From: a virus
Strand: one strand, 5' to 3'
Virus record (IMG/VR): IMGVR_UViG_3300045988_131485
Length of the DNA: 64,000 nucleotides
Part shown: piece after piece, positions 17,099-26,949 of the stretch
Layout of the letters: each line of letters opens with the position of its first letter
How positions within the stretch are numbered: the first letter of the stretch is position 1
The notes under the pieces: model-generated
What the model was told of the DNA's origin: nothing
Database searches by the model: none
Seen by the model: only the letters and a program-made list of their open reading frames with translations
Program-made: the position numbers and the translations under genes

Positions 17099-18343
17099 TT
17101 AATTCAATTTGATCTGATAGCAGGCATCCGCACCTACTCCGGGGCGGAAAACCATCATCAGCTGTGCCGGAGTCGAATAGAGCCGTTTTCCGTTAGCATA
17201 ATCATCCGTACCGCACAAGCAGGGTGCGATCATACTCTCGATTCCCAGCTCTTCAAACTCCTCTTTATGGTGTTTATCGGCCAACACCACATAGTCAATA
17301 TCGCTGGAATACTTCTTGGCGAACAGCGTGTGCAGCGTCTTTCCGGCGTTTTTCACGTTGTCCAAGTCACCATGGGCGGCACAAATGTTATACCCGCATA
17401 CGGAGAAGTACAAGAACTCGTAATACTCCGACTCCGGGAAAACGATATCACTGCGATCACGAAGCCGCTGTTCAAGCCACCAAGGGATCAGCCGCTCCAT
17501 GTTATCTGCATGAATGCTGTCGTTTTTATTTTGAACGGTTCTCAAATGATTTCCGTAGGTCGCGTGAACTACTGTCTGCTCAACCTCATCGGCCAAAACA
17601 CTGATCGCCTGTGCCATAATTTCTGACACCTGCATGATCTGGTCGCACGTCAGCTCCTCAGAGGCAACACGCGCACTGGTGTGTATTGAACCATGAGCCG
17701 CGTCGCCCAACAACACGACATGAAGTCTATGGCATTTATTCAGCCTGATACGCTCAACTGCTCGCTCAACCAGCCGTTCCACACGATAACGGCATACCTG
17801 AGTATCATACCGCTCCCAGATATTGTCCGTTACCATACCGTAATGCCAGTCGGCAAACACAAGAACAGCCTCAGCATCGCCAAGGAACATACAAAAGTCG
17901 TCCGGCTTATTAACCGATAGCGGCAAAGACTTATTCAGATCCTGAGCAGCCTTAACGAGCCGATCTTCCAGATTTTCCTCACGACCCATCCGATCGACCA
18001 TCTTATTGAACTCGCGGCGCTGGTCATAGAAGCGTTTGGCCTCTTTACGCATCTCCGCAATTTTGCAGTTTAGCTCGCCCATATAATCATCCTGGCCGGG
18101 ATTACCCTGAGCGGCATACTTTTTCTTGAAATACTGCGCAACAGCATAGCCGGAGTATGGCGTTACAGATGCCGCCTTTCTCAAACTATCCCGATGGCAT
18201 TCGATGCCAGTTGCTTCAACGATGTCTTCCCAGTCCAGATCGTCGGGCTTCTGTTCGACTTTGATTTCGATTAGGCGAAGACCATATTCATATGCATCCT
18301 CACCTTCTCTGCGTTCATACTTTGGATTCACGAATGTCTTCAC
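17099..18343 (-). CDS. calcineurin-like metallophosphoesterase with N-terminal extension
   Basis: Motifs VFADWHYG, LLGDAAHG, GNH and AAHGD fit the metallophosphoesterase signature (Mre11/SbcD-like or phosphatase). Confidence 0.75.
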   Translation of the reverse strand: MKTFVNPKYERREGEDAYEYGLRLIEIKVEQKPDDLDWEDIVEATGIECHRDSLRKAASVTPYSGYAVAQYFKKKYAAQGNPGQDDYMGELNCKIAEMRKEAKRFYDQRREFNKMVDRMGREENLEDRLVKAAQDLNKSLPLSVNKPDDFCMFLGDAEAVLVFADWHYGMVTDNIWERYDTQVCRYRVERLVERAVERIRLNKCHRLHVVLLGDAAHGSIHTSARVASEELTCDQIMQVSEIMAQAISVLADEVEQTVVHATYGNHLRTVQNKNDSIHADNMERLIPWWLEQRLRDRSDIVFPESEYYEFLYFSVCGYNICAAHGDLDNVKNAGKTLHTLFAKKYSSDIDYVVLADKHHKEEFEELGIESMIAPCLCGTDDYANGKRLYSTPAQLMMVFRPGVGADACYQIKLN

Positions 18344-18531
18344 CCCTCTTCTGCTGGCAGAAGCGTGCTCTGCCTGATTTCAATTTCAATGTTTGGTACG
18401 CCGGCCCAACGCTCCAAGATCTCCTTGATATCGTAAGTCCGAGCACCATTCACGTCATACTCCGTCAGCGTCATATCGGAGCAGTCGATCGTCGCGTGAG
18501 AATATACCTCACGCTGCTCCCGCACTGCCAT
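18340..18531 (-). CDS. hypothetical protein
   Basis: 63-aa ORF tiled with its neighbours (4-nt overlap downstream). Confidence 0.5.
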   Translation of the reverse strand: MAVREQREVYSHATIDCSDMTLTEYDVNGARTYDIKEILERWAGVPNIEIEIRQSTLLPAEEG

Positions 18532-18738
18532 TTACTTGTGCTCCTCGATCACGTTCATACGACGAATTTCGTTCAGCTTTGCAAGCAGCTCAGGGGATTC
18601 GACGCAGAAATAATGACCCCTCTTCGAGTCCTGCTTCATCGTCCGAGGATAACAGTAGTAGTGGGGATACTTATGCGGAGGGAACGCTTTGACCAGCAGA
18701 TCTTTCTCTGTCTTGTTAATAGGAACCACGAGAACCAT
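18532..18738 (-). CDS. hypothetical protein
   Basis: 68-aa ORF abutting the next gene. Confidence 0.5.
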   Translation of the reverse strand: MVLVVPINKTEKDLLVKAFPPHKYPHYYCYPRTMKQDSKRGHYFCVESPELLAKLNEIRRMNVIEEHK

Positions 18739-18883
18739 CCTTTTCTAATAAATTTGAGGGTGCTCCCTCAAATTTACACCAAATTTAGGACTTGGGAACT
18801 CCCGACAACAAATGGGAGTTCCCAGCGTGGTTTTAGAATTATTCGACCAACAAACCCGAAAATCTGTATAAAATTGTGAAAAT

Positions 18884-21706
18884 TCAACAGTTATCGGACA
18901 TTGTTTTTGGGCATATCGCCGTTTCTCTACGGAAATGGAACCCATAAATTTCCACGTCCCACAGGCCGTCAGAAACCTCAGTCAACGTTGAAATGGGTGT
19001 CCGACTCTGCTCAATCAAGTCCAAAAAGCACTGATTAGGTGCCGAAAACAACGTATAAAACAAGGTGCGTGAGATATCTTTATTCTGAGGCTCCTCAATG
19101 GCGAGCATCAACCGATATGCAGTATGAGGACTGATCCGCAGTGACTTAATATAGTTGATATACTCCTGCCGAATCTCATGTACCAGGATTGCCTTACCGT
19201 AGTTATCCAGGTTTTCATCTGTTCCATCCCAAACTGCCCGGATCTTAGATCTCATATCTCTGACAAACTCCAAGATCCGCTCGACCTGTGAATAGCTCAC
19301 AGATTTTTGCAGATAGGCGTCGTTTACCAACAGTTCAGAAAACGGGATGAACGACGTATAAGCATAGCTTGTACGGTAAGAGTTCAGGCTGTGCTGCAAA
19401 AAGTCCATCGTCGTATTGTGGAAGCGATAGTTTTTGCCCACACTGTCATAATAGCCCTTCATGCGGGCGATCTTCCCGAAAAAGTTGGGCTTTACTTGCC
19501 GGCCATCATCGTCGCGTATCTCATATTTTTTTCTCAACCGTTTGATTTCCGCAACACTGTCTACGGCATATTCTCGCTTCGCCTTATCAATCTCGATGTT
19601 GCTCAAAACGTCCAGCTGGGCAATCTCGCAGTAAAGCTCCTCATACTCGGAAAAATCTGCTCCGCTGTTCAGCGCGTCCCACAGCTTCGTATTCAGCTCT
19701 TGGGAGAGGTTTACGATCTCACCGATCTTATTGACCGATGTTTTGATATCCAGATCAGACTGATCTGATTTGGTATAATGACGCACGATTTTCTTAGCGT
19801 CTACCATGCTGGTCGGGACGAGGAACTTGTGATAGTTCCGTTCTGCGGCCCGAATAAGGATGGCGTTGTTCGTCAGCAACATAGTATCAGAGTCAAAGTC
19901 TGCACCGGATAGCCGGAAAAGAATATTCTCGCCGATACTGTTGGTACACACGATCTCTCGCGTGGTATTGACGTACTGCCGGATCTCCTCGTTATCCGTA
20001 TTCCTCGCCAGGAGAACATTTCCCATCGTCACATGGGGACTGCGCGATCCGAGAATAGTCTGATCAAAAGCAAACTGTTGGCAAAAAATATTGCCTACTC
20101 CGATTTTACTCTCACCATCAAATTGCCCAATCGCAGAGTAGAGCATTTCGATGGGGTTTCCCAGCAGAGTTGAATAGTTCCCTTCTACAAGAATGTGTCC
20201 ACGGGCCAGCTCTTTTTTGAACGACTTCGATACGTCGGTTTTGAAGTTGTGGTACAGCCTCGTTTGAGAAAACTTATCTGTAACGCCCAACATCTGATAT
20301 ACCACATCGTTCGTCGTCGTAATTCCGTCGCTGTCGATCTCCTCATTCCCGCCCATATATTTGATATGGTACCGCAGCACCGCAGGATCTGTCTGAATCA
20401 TGCGCAGATAATCCAACGACGGTTTTACCAACTGGTCAACATCATCTTGCGAAAGCTGAAGAGTATTCAAAAGCTGGTAATGGATCTGCACCATGCGGCC
20501 ATCAAAGAAATGCGTCGGCTTCTCATGCTTCACGACACCAAAGTTACCGTCTTCGTCCAGCAATCTCAGCCACTGTTCCAGAGTGCCAAACTTCACGTAC
20601 TTAATACTACTGGGCGTAGTAATAACCTTGATATCGCTGATATCCTGCGCCAGCGTGAAACCGGAAAGCTGAGACACATCAGTAATGCCGCGATCGGCGA
20701 AGAACTTCTGGATATTGGTATTAAAGCAGGCTGATTTGAAAAAACGGTTCCGCAGAAGGATCATACCGTAATCCTGCCATTCGCCCATAGCACTTTTGTC
20801 AATGAGAGACTGTCCGTCCCAAATGCTATTCTCGATCTCAACCTCTTCCGGCTTTGAAGTAAGCCAGTTATCGCTGCCAATCCTTGTCGCCACAACGCGA
20901 TCTTTGAACACGCTCTTATAGTCGTCGATTACCAAGAAGTTCTCGGGCCGCAGCGGAATAGTACCGACGATGCTGCTCAGAGTAAGGGCGATATAGGCTT
21001 CCAGAGCGGCCAGATCAATCTCCTGACCCTCTTTTACTTTCAGCCCACAAAGCTCCCACTTGTGCATTCTTGGATACAACTGCTCATCAATGAACAGGCA
21101 CTTTCCAATTCGGCTGCTTCCGCTTGAACGCTTGAACCTACGGAACACAATACCATCACACGTGAATCCGTCTTGATAAAGACGATTCCGAAGCTGGGCT
21201 ACGGTAAGAAGTACCTTCATGGTTTTCCCGAGCCGATACATTCCGTTATCAAAAACGAACAGATCTCCCAGCTCTTGGGGAGAGGCCGGATTTTCGACGG
21301 GAGATCCTACCCGTACAGCAATCAGTTCCCCATCCTTGATACAAATGTTGTCGGTAAGATGCACATCCTGCGGCAGATAACCATACTTGATGTAGGTGTT
21401 GTCAAAGAAGCGATTAAACTCCTTGACGCTATACTTGAACGTGACATTGATCACGCGCCGGCAGTATTCTTTACCCCGCTTACTGAATGTGAAGTCCATG
21501 CGGCGGTATACCTTCTCATAAACTTCCCTCAGCTTTATCAGGTCGAGGCTATAATCCAAAGTGTTGACAAAACGTCTTGTATTGAACTGGTCGTTGTGGT
21601 CTGATCCAGCCAACTTCACAGAATATTCCTTGCTGTTCGGGCTTGAATAGTTCGCCAAAAACAAATCCTTGGCATCCACAGACACGATATAGACCGAATT
21701 ACCCAT
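18884..21706 (-). CDS. YonO / RdRP-like single-subunit two-barrel RNA polymerase (putative)
   Basis: 940 aa. GSRSPHVTMGNVLL followed ~50 aa later by LSGADFDSDTMLL matches the R-[SN]-P-x4-G-[DN] ... SG-D-x-D-x-D pattern of the catalytic double-psi beta-barrel in QDE-1-type RdRPs, SPbeta YonO and the beta-prime NADFDGD motif. Confidence 0.6.
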   Translation of the reverse strand: MGNSVYIVSVDAKDLFLANYSSPNSKEYSVKLAGSDHNDQFNTRRFVNTLDYSLDLIKLREVYEKVYRRMDFTFSKRGKEYCRRVINVTFKYSVKEFNRFFDNTYIKYGYLPQDVHLTDNICIKDGELIAVRVGSPVENPASPQELGDLFVFDNGMYRLGKTMKVLLTVAQLRNRLYQDGFTCDGIVFRRFKRSSGSSRIGKCLFIDEQLYPRMHKWELCGLKVKEGQEIDLAALEAYIALTLSSIVGTIPLRPENFLVIDDYKSVFKDRVVATRIGSDNWLTSKPEEVEIENSIWDGQSLIDKSAMGEWQDYGMILLRNRFFKSACFNTNIQKFFADRGITDVSQLSGFTLAQDISDIKVITTPSSIKYVKFGTLEQWLRLLDEDGNFGVVKHEKPTHFFDGRMVQIHYQLLNTLQLSQDDVDQLVKPSLDYLRMIQTDPAVLRYHIKYMGGNEEIDSDGITTTNDVVYQMLGVTDKFSQTRLYHNFKTDVSKSFKKELARGHILVEGNYSTLLGNPIEMLYSAIGQFDGESKIGVGNIFCQQFAFDQTILGSRSPHVTMGNVLLARNTDNEEIRQYVNTTREIVCTNSIGENILFRLSGADFDSDTMLLTNNAILIRAAERNYHKFLVPTSMVDAKKIVRHYTKSDQSDLDIKTSVNKIGEIVNLSQELNTKLWDALNSGADFSEYEELYCEIAQLDVLSNIEIDKAKREYAVDSVAEIKRLRKKYEIRDDDGRQVKPNFFGKIARMKGYYDSVGKNYRFHNTTMDFLQHSLNSYRTSYAYTSFIPFSELLVNDAYLQKSVSYSQVERILEFVRDMRSKIRAVWDGTDENLDNYGKAILVHEIRQEYINYIKSLRISPHTAYRLMLAIEEPQNKDISRTLFYTLFSAPNQCFLDLIEQSRTPISTLTEVSDGLWDVEIYGFHFRRETAICPKTMSDNC

Positions 21707-21709
21707 GGT

Positions 21710-22072
21710 CTATTCACCTTCCTCAGTTTGAATATTTTCGACTTGAATCAGATCCCCATACCAGAACAACCAGGTCTCTACGCCCTCCAGCTCGATCAGA
21801 GCAGAGAACCCATCGGGTCGTTCACGATGCGGATGCGCAACAAATACCTTATTACGGCTGGACTCCACGAATTGACGGTACTCTCCCTGCATACGTGGAT
21901 AATCCTTCCGAGCTATGATTTGATCCACATTCAGAATGACCAAATCCCCATCACGAATCTTTTTGTCAATCTCGTTTCCGAGGCTTTCCAGGACATCCGC
22001 AGCAAGTGTGCGTGAGCCTTTGTCCCTGAGCTTCTTTTTCAAAGCTCTGCGATTTTCACGGTTCAAACACAT
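21710..22072 (-). CDS. hypothetical protein
   Basis: 120-aa ORF. Its start overlaps the upstream stop (TAATG). Confidence 0.55.
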   Translation of the reverse strand: MCLNRENRRALKKKLRDKGSRTLAADVLESLGNEIDKKIRDGDLVILNVDQIIARKDYPRMQGEYRQFVESSRNKVFVAHPHRERPDGFSALIELEGVETWLFWYGDLIQVENIQTEEGE

Positions 22073-22257
22073 TACCCCCTGTCTGAATATTCCTGAATTA
22101 CCTTTTCGTACTCCCGAGCGTTCTCTTTCAAAACGCCCTGATAGAACAGCACTTCGTTTTCCCCTGCGTCGTCAGCCGGAGAATAGTCATCACACTTCCC
22201 CTGGCACTCCGAGCCACATTGGTCATACCAAATACAATTTTTTCGTGCGGTGTTCAT
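22072..22257 (-). CDS. small Cys-rich hypothetical protein
   Basis: ORF-track 22072..22308. The ATG at 22257 follows GGAGG (MNTARKNCIWYDQCGSECQGKCDD...). Confidence 0.5.
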   Translation of the reverse strand: MNTARKNCIWYDQCGSECQGKCDDYSPADDAGENEVLFYQGVLKENAREYEKVIQEYSDRG

Positions 22258-22344
22258 TGTAAGCCTCCTTCCGCTACACACCGCCGCGTCAGCTCTCTTA
22301 AATTTCAAGTTCCCTATATGATCAAATGAATCGTTGACGCCGCA

Positions 22345-23565
22345 TTAGTCTGTCGTGTTTCCATGAGAGATGCCGTTTAACCAATTCCGAAACAGTTCCC
22401 TCATCCGCCTGCTTGGAATGTAGATCCAGATTTCTTTGCCATCACGAATAGCTGACCGCCATACCCACTGGATCATCTCACTCAACGCATAATCATCCTC
22501 GCGCACCTCAACTCCTTGCTCCTGAAAATAGTTTTTCAGCAAAGGGTTGTAGTACACGTTGACGCAATAGGCCAAGCAGTCCCTGTTCCGATATGCGTTA
22601 GTAGCCCGGACATTGCAGGAAAGGAAACCCTTGGTATATCCTTTGCCTTTCAGGAGGGCTTGGTAATCCTTAAAAACCGTCCACAAGTTACGGTCTGATG
22701 AAGAATTGAGCATATTCTTGAACAAGTTCGTCAAATTGTTTCTCAGCTGTTTGATAAGCGGCTGTCCTTTGGTATCACGCGCTTTCTTATACCAAGAAAC
22801 AGATAGGCTCGACCTCATTTCGCCGATCTTATTCAGTTTCTCATCCTCGATGATATGAATTTTCTTTGGGAGTTCTGCTACGTAATCCGGTATGTGAGGT
22901 GTATCGCTGAAATGATATACCCCGTTCTCACAAACCGTTCCGATCCGCTGGACTTCGATATTATGAATGTCGAAGTAATATTTCTGCACCTGAGCATCGA
23001 ACATATAGGTGAGAATGATCACCTCATCGAAGGACTGAAATACCTCAATCGGGAATTTCCATAGCAAGAGGCAGTCATTATACAAAATGACGTTGCCAGT
23101 CATGCACATATCCCGCAAGTCTTCAAATCTGCCCTCGTAGTCATCATTTACCCACCGCACACGGTACTCAGAGTCAACCTCGATCATATCCCGCTTGAGC
23201 ATTTGCAAATCCTTTGGAGAAATCGGGATTGTCTGAACGGCTTGGAAAACCTCATCCAAAATGAGCTTATAGCCGCCGTCTTGGATCAGCGAAATCGTTT
23301 CATCGTTATACGACTCAAACAGCGCATGAGTGCTGGCAATGTTATCCCTCATAGACAGAAGGTAATGCAGGTTTTCCAACTTACCCTTACCTTTACTTTG
23401 CGGATCTTTGAATTTTCGCCCACTGCAACTCCGTTTGATTCGTTCTACTTCGTCCAGGTATGGCGTGATAAATACGTAGCGGCTTTCCTTATCTTGATTC
23501 ATCAAAGTGATCGCAGACTCGGTTTTACCTGCTCCCATAATCGTGTCACATACCTTAACGATCAC
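22345..23565 (-). CDS. P-loop NTPase (helicase-like)
   Basis: Walker A GAGKTE at residues 11-16 and a Walker B-like ILDEVFQ. No further assignment is possible by eye. Confidence 0.6.
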   Translation of the reverse strand: MIVKVCDTIMGAGKTESAITLMNQDKESRYVFITPYLDEVERIKRSCSGRKFKDPQSKGKGKLENLHYLLSMRDNIASTHALFESYNDETISLIQDGGYKLILDEVFQAVQTIPISPKDLQMLKRDMIEVDSEYRVRWVNDDYEGRFEDLRDMCMTGNVILYNDCLLLWKFPIEVFQSFDEVIILTYMFDAQVQKYYFDIHNIEVQRIGTVCENGVYHFSDTPHIPDYVAELPKKIHIIEDEKLNKIGEMRSSLSVSWYKKARDTKGQPLIKQLRNNLTNLFKNMLNSSSDRNLWTVFKDYQALLKGKGYTKGFLSCNVRATNAYRNRDCLAYCVNVYYNPLLKNYFQEQGVEVREDDYALSEMIQWVWRSAIRDGKEIWIYIPSRRMRELFRNWLNGISHGNTTD

Positions 23566-24413
23566 ACGCTTTCCTCCTTCGCCGTCTTACGGTAATAGAA
23601 GAATTGGAGCTGCTGAACATAGCCGGCAAATCCGGCGTACTGAGAAGGATCGAAATTGCCATGGTAGACATCATCAATCATGCGGTTGATCCACACATCC
23701 CTGGGGTAACTGTCCATACGGTGAAGCCCAAACAGCATCACGCAGTTCGCAACCTTCTCGCCAATGCCCCGCAGAGCAATCAGCGTCTTCCGGGCCGTAT
23801 CGTCATCCTGCTTCTGGAGCTGCACCCAGAAATCTTCGTCATACTCGGCCATCTCTTTCACATAGCTTTCACGATAGCCCAGCGATGCCGGTGACAGATC
23901 CTGACCTCTCAGCTGCGCCGGCGTCGGGAAGGAATAGAACTGCTGGTCGTCGATCTCCCCCAGTGGCGTACCGAATGTCTGGCAGAGAACATCTACCGCT
24001 TTGCGAATGCGCGGGATGTTGTTACGCTGGGAGATAATAAAGGTCACTACCATCTCCCACAAATCCTGTCTCAGGATGCGGATACCGCCACCTGCCGCGA
24101 TCGCCTCCCGCAAAAACGGGTCTCCGGCCATCTTCTGCTGATATGCTTCATAGTCGGCAGACAGGTCAAAATAGGGCATCCATACATCCCGGAACTCATC
24201 ATAGGGGCAGTGAAAAACATACCCGCCATTGGTACTCGGTGTGATTTTCACCAGCTTCATACCGGTGATCGCCACATATCCCCTATCTTGCAGTGCGGTC
24301 AGCCGGAAGCACTGGCCGGAATCTGCAATCTGCTTCAAATCAAACGTATGGGGAATGTTAATGAGCACGCCATCAGAAACCCTCCGGCAAATTACCTTTT
24401 CGCCACTCATCAT
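23562..24413 (-). CDS. ogg: 8-oxoguanine DNA glycosylase / HhH-GPD family
   Basis: N-terminal GQCFRL (OGG_N-like) plus the HhH-GPD segment LRGIGEKVANCVMLFGLHRMDSYPRDVWINR. Confidence 0.8.
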   Translation of the reverse strand: MMSGEKVICRRVSDGVLINIPHTFDLKQIADSGQCFRLTALQDRGYVAITGMKLVKITPSTNGGYVFHCPYDEFRDVWMPYFDLSADYEAYQQKMAGDPFLREAIAAGGGIRILRQDLWEMVVTFIISQRNNIPRIRKAVDVLCQTFGTPLGEIDDQQFYSFPTPAQLRGQDLSPASLGYRESYVKEMAEYDEDFWVQLQKQDDDTARKTLIALRGIGEKVANCVMLFGLHRMDSYPRDVWINRMIDDVYHGNFDPSQYAGFAGYVQQLQFFYYRKTAKEESV

Positions 24414-24786
24414 ACTCGCTCCTTTTCTTCAAATATTTGCGGATTATGCTCAGTCCGCAGTACACCAGATCGCAATACGGCTTGGAGCCGTCGCCATCGT
24501 ATTGGGTAATTGCTGATACAACCTCCTGCTCCGTCAGATTCTCCGGCACATACCGGAACAGCTCAAATACCTCCTGCATTTTCTCAATGAGGCGGATATT
24601 ATCGGCGCAGGTTTTGACTTGACTCTTAGCCAGTGTCAGCATTGTCGCCGGGTCAATTCCATAGAGTCTTGCGGCATTTCTATACGCTTGCACCTCTTCA
24701 AACAGAGCGGCACGCTCCTGATTCATACGCAGGATCGTCGCTTCAGACTCGTTCAGTCTGCGCGTCAACTCTTTAAGATCGTCCAC
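24373..24786 (-). CDS. hypothetical protein
   Basis: 137-aa ORF preceded by AAAGGAG and the class-B motif. It overlaps the ogg start by 41 nt. Confidence 0.55.
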   Translation of the reverse strand: MDDLKELTRRLNESEATILRMNQERAALFEEVQAYRNAARLYGIDPATMLTLAKSQVKTCADNIRLIEKMQEVFELFRYVPENLTEQEVVSAITQYDGDGSKPYCDLVYCGLSIIRKYLKKRSEYDEWRKGNLPEGF

Positions 24787-24800
24787 TGCACGTGCTCCTT

Positions 24801-24830
24801 TCTGATTGATTTACTTTGTTGCTATTTGAA
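24801..24830 (-). promoter_or_regulatory. class-B motif AATAGCAACAAAGTAAATCAATCAGAAAGGAG
   Basis: Minus-strand copy directly fused to the SD of CDS 24373..24786. Confidence 0.5.
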
Positions 24831-24832
24831 GG

Positions 24833-25048
24833 TCAAACTTTCTTCACTATGCAGCCATAGCCTCTGCACGTCCGGCCATATCCCATCTTATCTCCGAATA
24901 GGCCGTCGTCGTCCAGATTGCGAATAGTTGCCTGCTTTTCATTGAGTTTTAAGATCTCACCGTTCCGAAGCTCTTGGTACTTGGAGTCAATGTAGGCCAC
25001 ACGGTCGCCGACCATAAGCTCCCGACCGAAAAAATCATAATGCTTCAT
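24833..25048 (-). CDS. hypothetical protein
   Basis: 71-aa ORF in an operon context. Confidence 0.5.
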   Translation of the reverse strand: MKHYDFFGRELMVGDRVAYIDSKYQELRNGEILKLNEKQATIRNLDDDGLFGDKMGYGRTCRGYGCIVKKV

Positions 25049-25060
25049 ATATCCACCGCC

Positions 25061-25609
25061 TTATCCAAACTCCACACAACCGCATTCGGGCGCTTCTTTG
25101 TGGGAGCTTTGTTCCTTCTCGCCGTCCCACTTCCAGGCGGGAACGAGCTTACGAAGATCAGACACGGCGGCGTCGCGCTCTGCCCGCAGCGTTTTCACTT
25201 TCTCCGCACACTTATACCAGTTTGAGCGCAGCCCGTCGCATTCCACTCTGAGCTTTTTAAGCTCCTCCAACCAGTGGGCGAGCTGTTCATGCTTGGCAGC
25301 GCAGGTATCACAAGGGTTGCTTTTTCTCAGTCTTTCCGCTGTCTCATAGCAATGTTGAATTGCTTCATCCAAAGTAAACATGGTGCTACTTTCCCTGTTT
25401 TCTTCGTAAATCTCTTTGCCGTCTTCGTCGTACAGATCATTTACTTTTTGCACTCTTTTGGCGCGGAGGGCGGAGATCGCCTTATCATACACTGCTAAAA
25501 TAACGGCATCGTCCATGAGCAAATCACAGTGGGCGCAGTCAGAGCAGTTGATTGCCGTCTTCCTCTGTACGCACTGTTTTTCCCGTTCCAAAACTTCAAT
25601 GTCGGTCAT
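25061..25609 (-). CDS. hypothetical Cys-rich protein
   Basis: 182-aa ORF abutting the HNH gene. Confidence 0.55.
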   Translation of the reverse strand: MTDIEVLEREKQCVQRKTAINCSDCAHCDLLMDDAVILAVYDKAISALRAKRVQKVNDLYDEDGKEIYEENRESSTMFTLDEAIQHCYETAERLRKSNPCDTCAAKHEQLAHWLEELKKLRVECDGLRSNWYKCAEKVKTLRAERDAAVSDLRKLVPAWKWDGEKEQSSHKEAPECGCVEFG

Positions 25610-25960
25610 TCAGATGCACCGCCTTTCAAAGTAGAATGTAATTTTCTTTGGCGTTGGCTTAACCATACCAAACCGTACAGCCTGACGGTAAGTATAGCAG
25701 TCACGCTCCAAGGTGGCCGGCATAGCTTCCAGTATTCGCCGCCAGCCCTCCAATGAGTTGCCGCGCTTGTAGTGATTACAGCTCCGACAGGCCGGCAGCA
25801 TATTTGCCAGATCGTCTTCACCCTTACTCCTCAGCGCAACAACGTGATCGACTTGCATATCCTCATAGTTCAGCTGCTCGCCGCAGTATGCACACCGCCC
25901 ACCCATCTTGTCATAAACGGCACGGCGCTCTGCCGGCGTCAGCCTGCGTCTCTTTTCCAT
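25610..25960 (-). CDS. HNH endonuclease
   Basis: CAYCGEQL...DHVVALRSKGEDDLANMLPACRSCNHYK is an HNH motif with zinc-binding Cys pairs. Confidence 0.85.
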   Translation of the reverse strand: MEKRRRLTPAERRAVYDKMGGRCAYCGEQLNYEDMQVDHVVALRSKGEDDLANMLPACRSCNHYKRGNSLEGWRRILEAMPATLERDCYTYRQAVRFGMVKPTPKKITFYFERRCI

Positions 25961-25984
25961 GTAGCTTCTTCACTCCGAGCGTAA

Positions 25985-26299
25985 TTACCAGCAGGCGTAT
26001 TCCACATTGTCTTCAGATGGGGCCAATTTTTCATATTCCTCTTGAACTGCCTTATCAATTTGTTCCTGAGTGCAGTATTCCAAGAATACATTTTTTACGT
26101 ACTCTTTGCGCCCATCTAAATCGAGCACGCGATAATCATAACGATCTCTTATGCTGGCTGCAATGCTAATTTCCTTACGTTTTCTGTACGGCTTTACCAT
26201 GATATCACAGACGCGAAATCTAATAGATTCGTCGCGACCATAGTTATTCACTCGCACAACGATTCTGATTTGATCTTTGTTTTCGTTTATAAATGTCAT
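25985..26299 (-). CDS. hypothetical protein
   Basis: 104-aa ORF. Confidence 0.5.
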   Translation of the reverse strand: MTFINENKDQIRIVVRVNNYGRDESIRFRVCDIMVKPYRKRKEISIAASIRDRYDYRVLDLDGRKEYVKNVFLEYCTQEQIDKAVQEEYEKLAPSEDNVEYACW

Positions 26300-26314
26300 A
26301 TCATCTCACCACCA

Positions 26315-26683
26315 TTATTTGAAGAAATCGCGGTAGACCTTTTCGATGATGGTATGGCTGGAAATGTTGACACTCGGGACTGCCCATCGAGCCGTAGCCT
26401 CGAAGTCCTTCTCGTGCGCCGCAATGTAAGACCTCATGTCATTTCGCAGCCCATCCACCGTACCGATCGCACAGAGCAGAGAGTGTTGCACCGCCTCAAA
26501 GTCCTTGATGGCACGATCTTTGTCGGGGCCGTCCGGGTAAAGGTCAATGACGCCCTTGCGCACAATCGCTACCTTAGCTTTCTCTTCCAGATTTGTTTCG
26601 GCGGCAAAGTAGTCCAACAGCAGCCGTTCTCTTTGCCGGTCAGCCGGCGTCCATTCCGGCTGGGAGTGCTTCTTCAGGAACAT
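26315..26683 (-). CDS. hypothetical protein (first gene of leftward operon)
   Basis: ORF-track 26315..26737. The ATG at 26683 follows GGAGG (MFLKKHSQPEW...). Confidence 0.55.
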   Translation of the reverse strand: MFLKKHSQPEWTPADRQRERLLLDYFAAETNLEEKAKVAIVRKGVIDLYPDGPDKDRAIKDFEAVQHSLLCAIGTVDGLRNDMRSYIAAHEKDFEATARWAVPSVNISSHTIIEKVYRDFFK

Positions 26684-26730
26684 AGTAAAACCTCCAAAAA
26701 TGTTCAAAAGTTCAGAACCCCAAAATCGAA

Positions 26731-26751
26731 TTATCACTTTTGAGGTGATAA
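26731..26751. promoter_or_regulatory. palindromic operator-like site TTATCAC-N7-GTGATAA
   Basis: Perfect 7-bp inverted arms about 50 nt upstream of the first gene of the long leftward operon. Confidence 0.35.
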
Positions 26752-26896
26752 ATTCTAAATTTCGATGCTCAAACGCTCGTCAACAAACGGGGTATTTGAA
26801 AATCGTCCCTTAGAAGGGGAAGGGGTAATATCGCTACGCTCAAAGTAGTCTAAAAAGTTGCAAAAATAGCCAATTTGCAAAGGGGAAGTTTTTGCA

Positions 26897-26949
26897 GTTA
26901 GGCCGCTCGCTTCGCTCGCGGATATACGGAGAGTTGGTAGCGGCCTAAC
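26897..26949. repeat. 11-bp perfect inverted repeat GTTAGGCCGCT ... AGCGGCCTAAC
   Basis: Arms at 26897-26907 and 26939-26949, in the 310-bp non-coding region next to the integrase 3' end. Confidence 0.6.

Noticed and set aside
18859-18880. AATCTGTATAAAATTGTG, resembling the downstream half of the class-A motif
   Set aside because: It lacks the GGTTAGCAA half at the fixed 14-nt spacing and points antisense into the polymerase-like gene. It is probably coincidental.
26752-26783. Candidate sigma-A promoter TTGACG ... TAGAAT for the leftward operon
   Set aside because: The spacer between the hexamers is 20 nt, outside the usual 16-18 nt. I did not call it, and noted only the adjacent palindrome.
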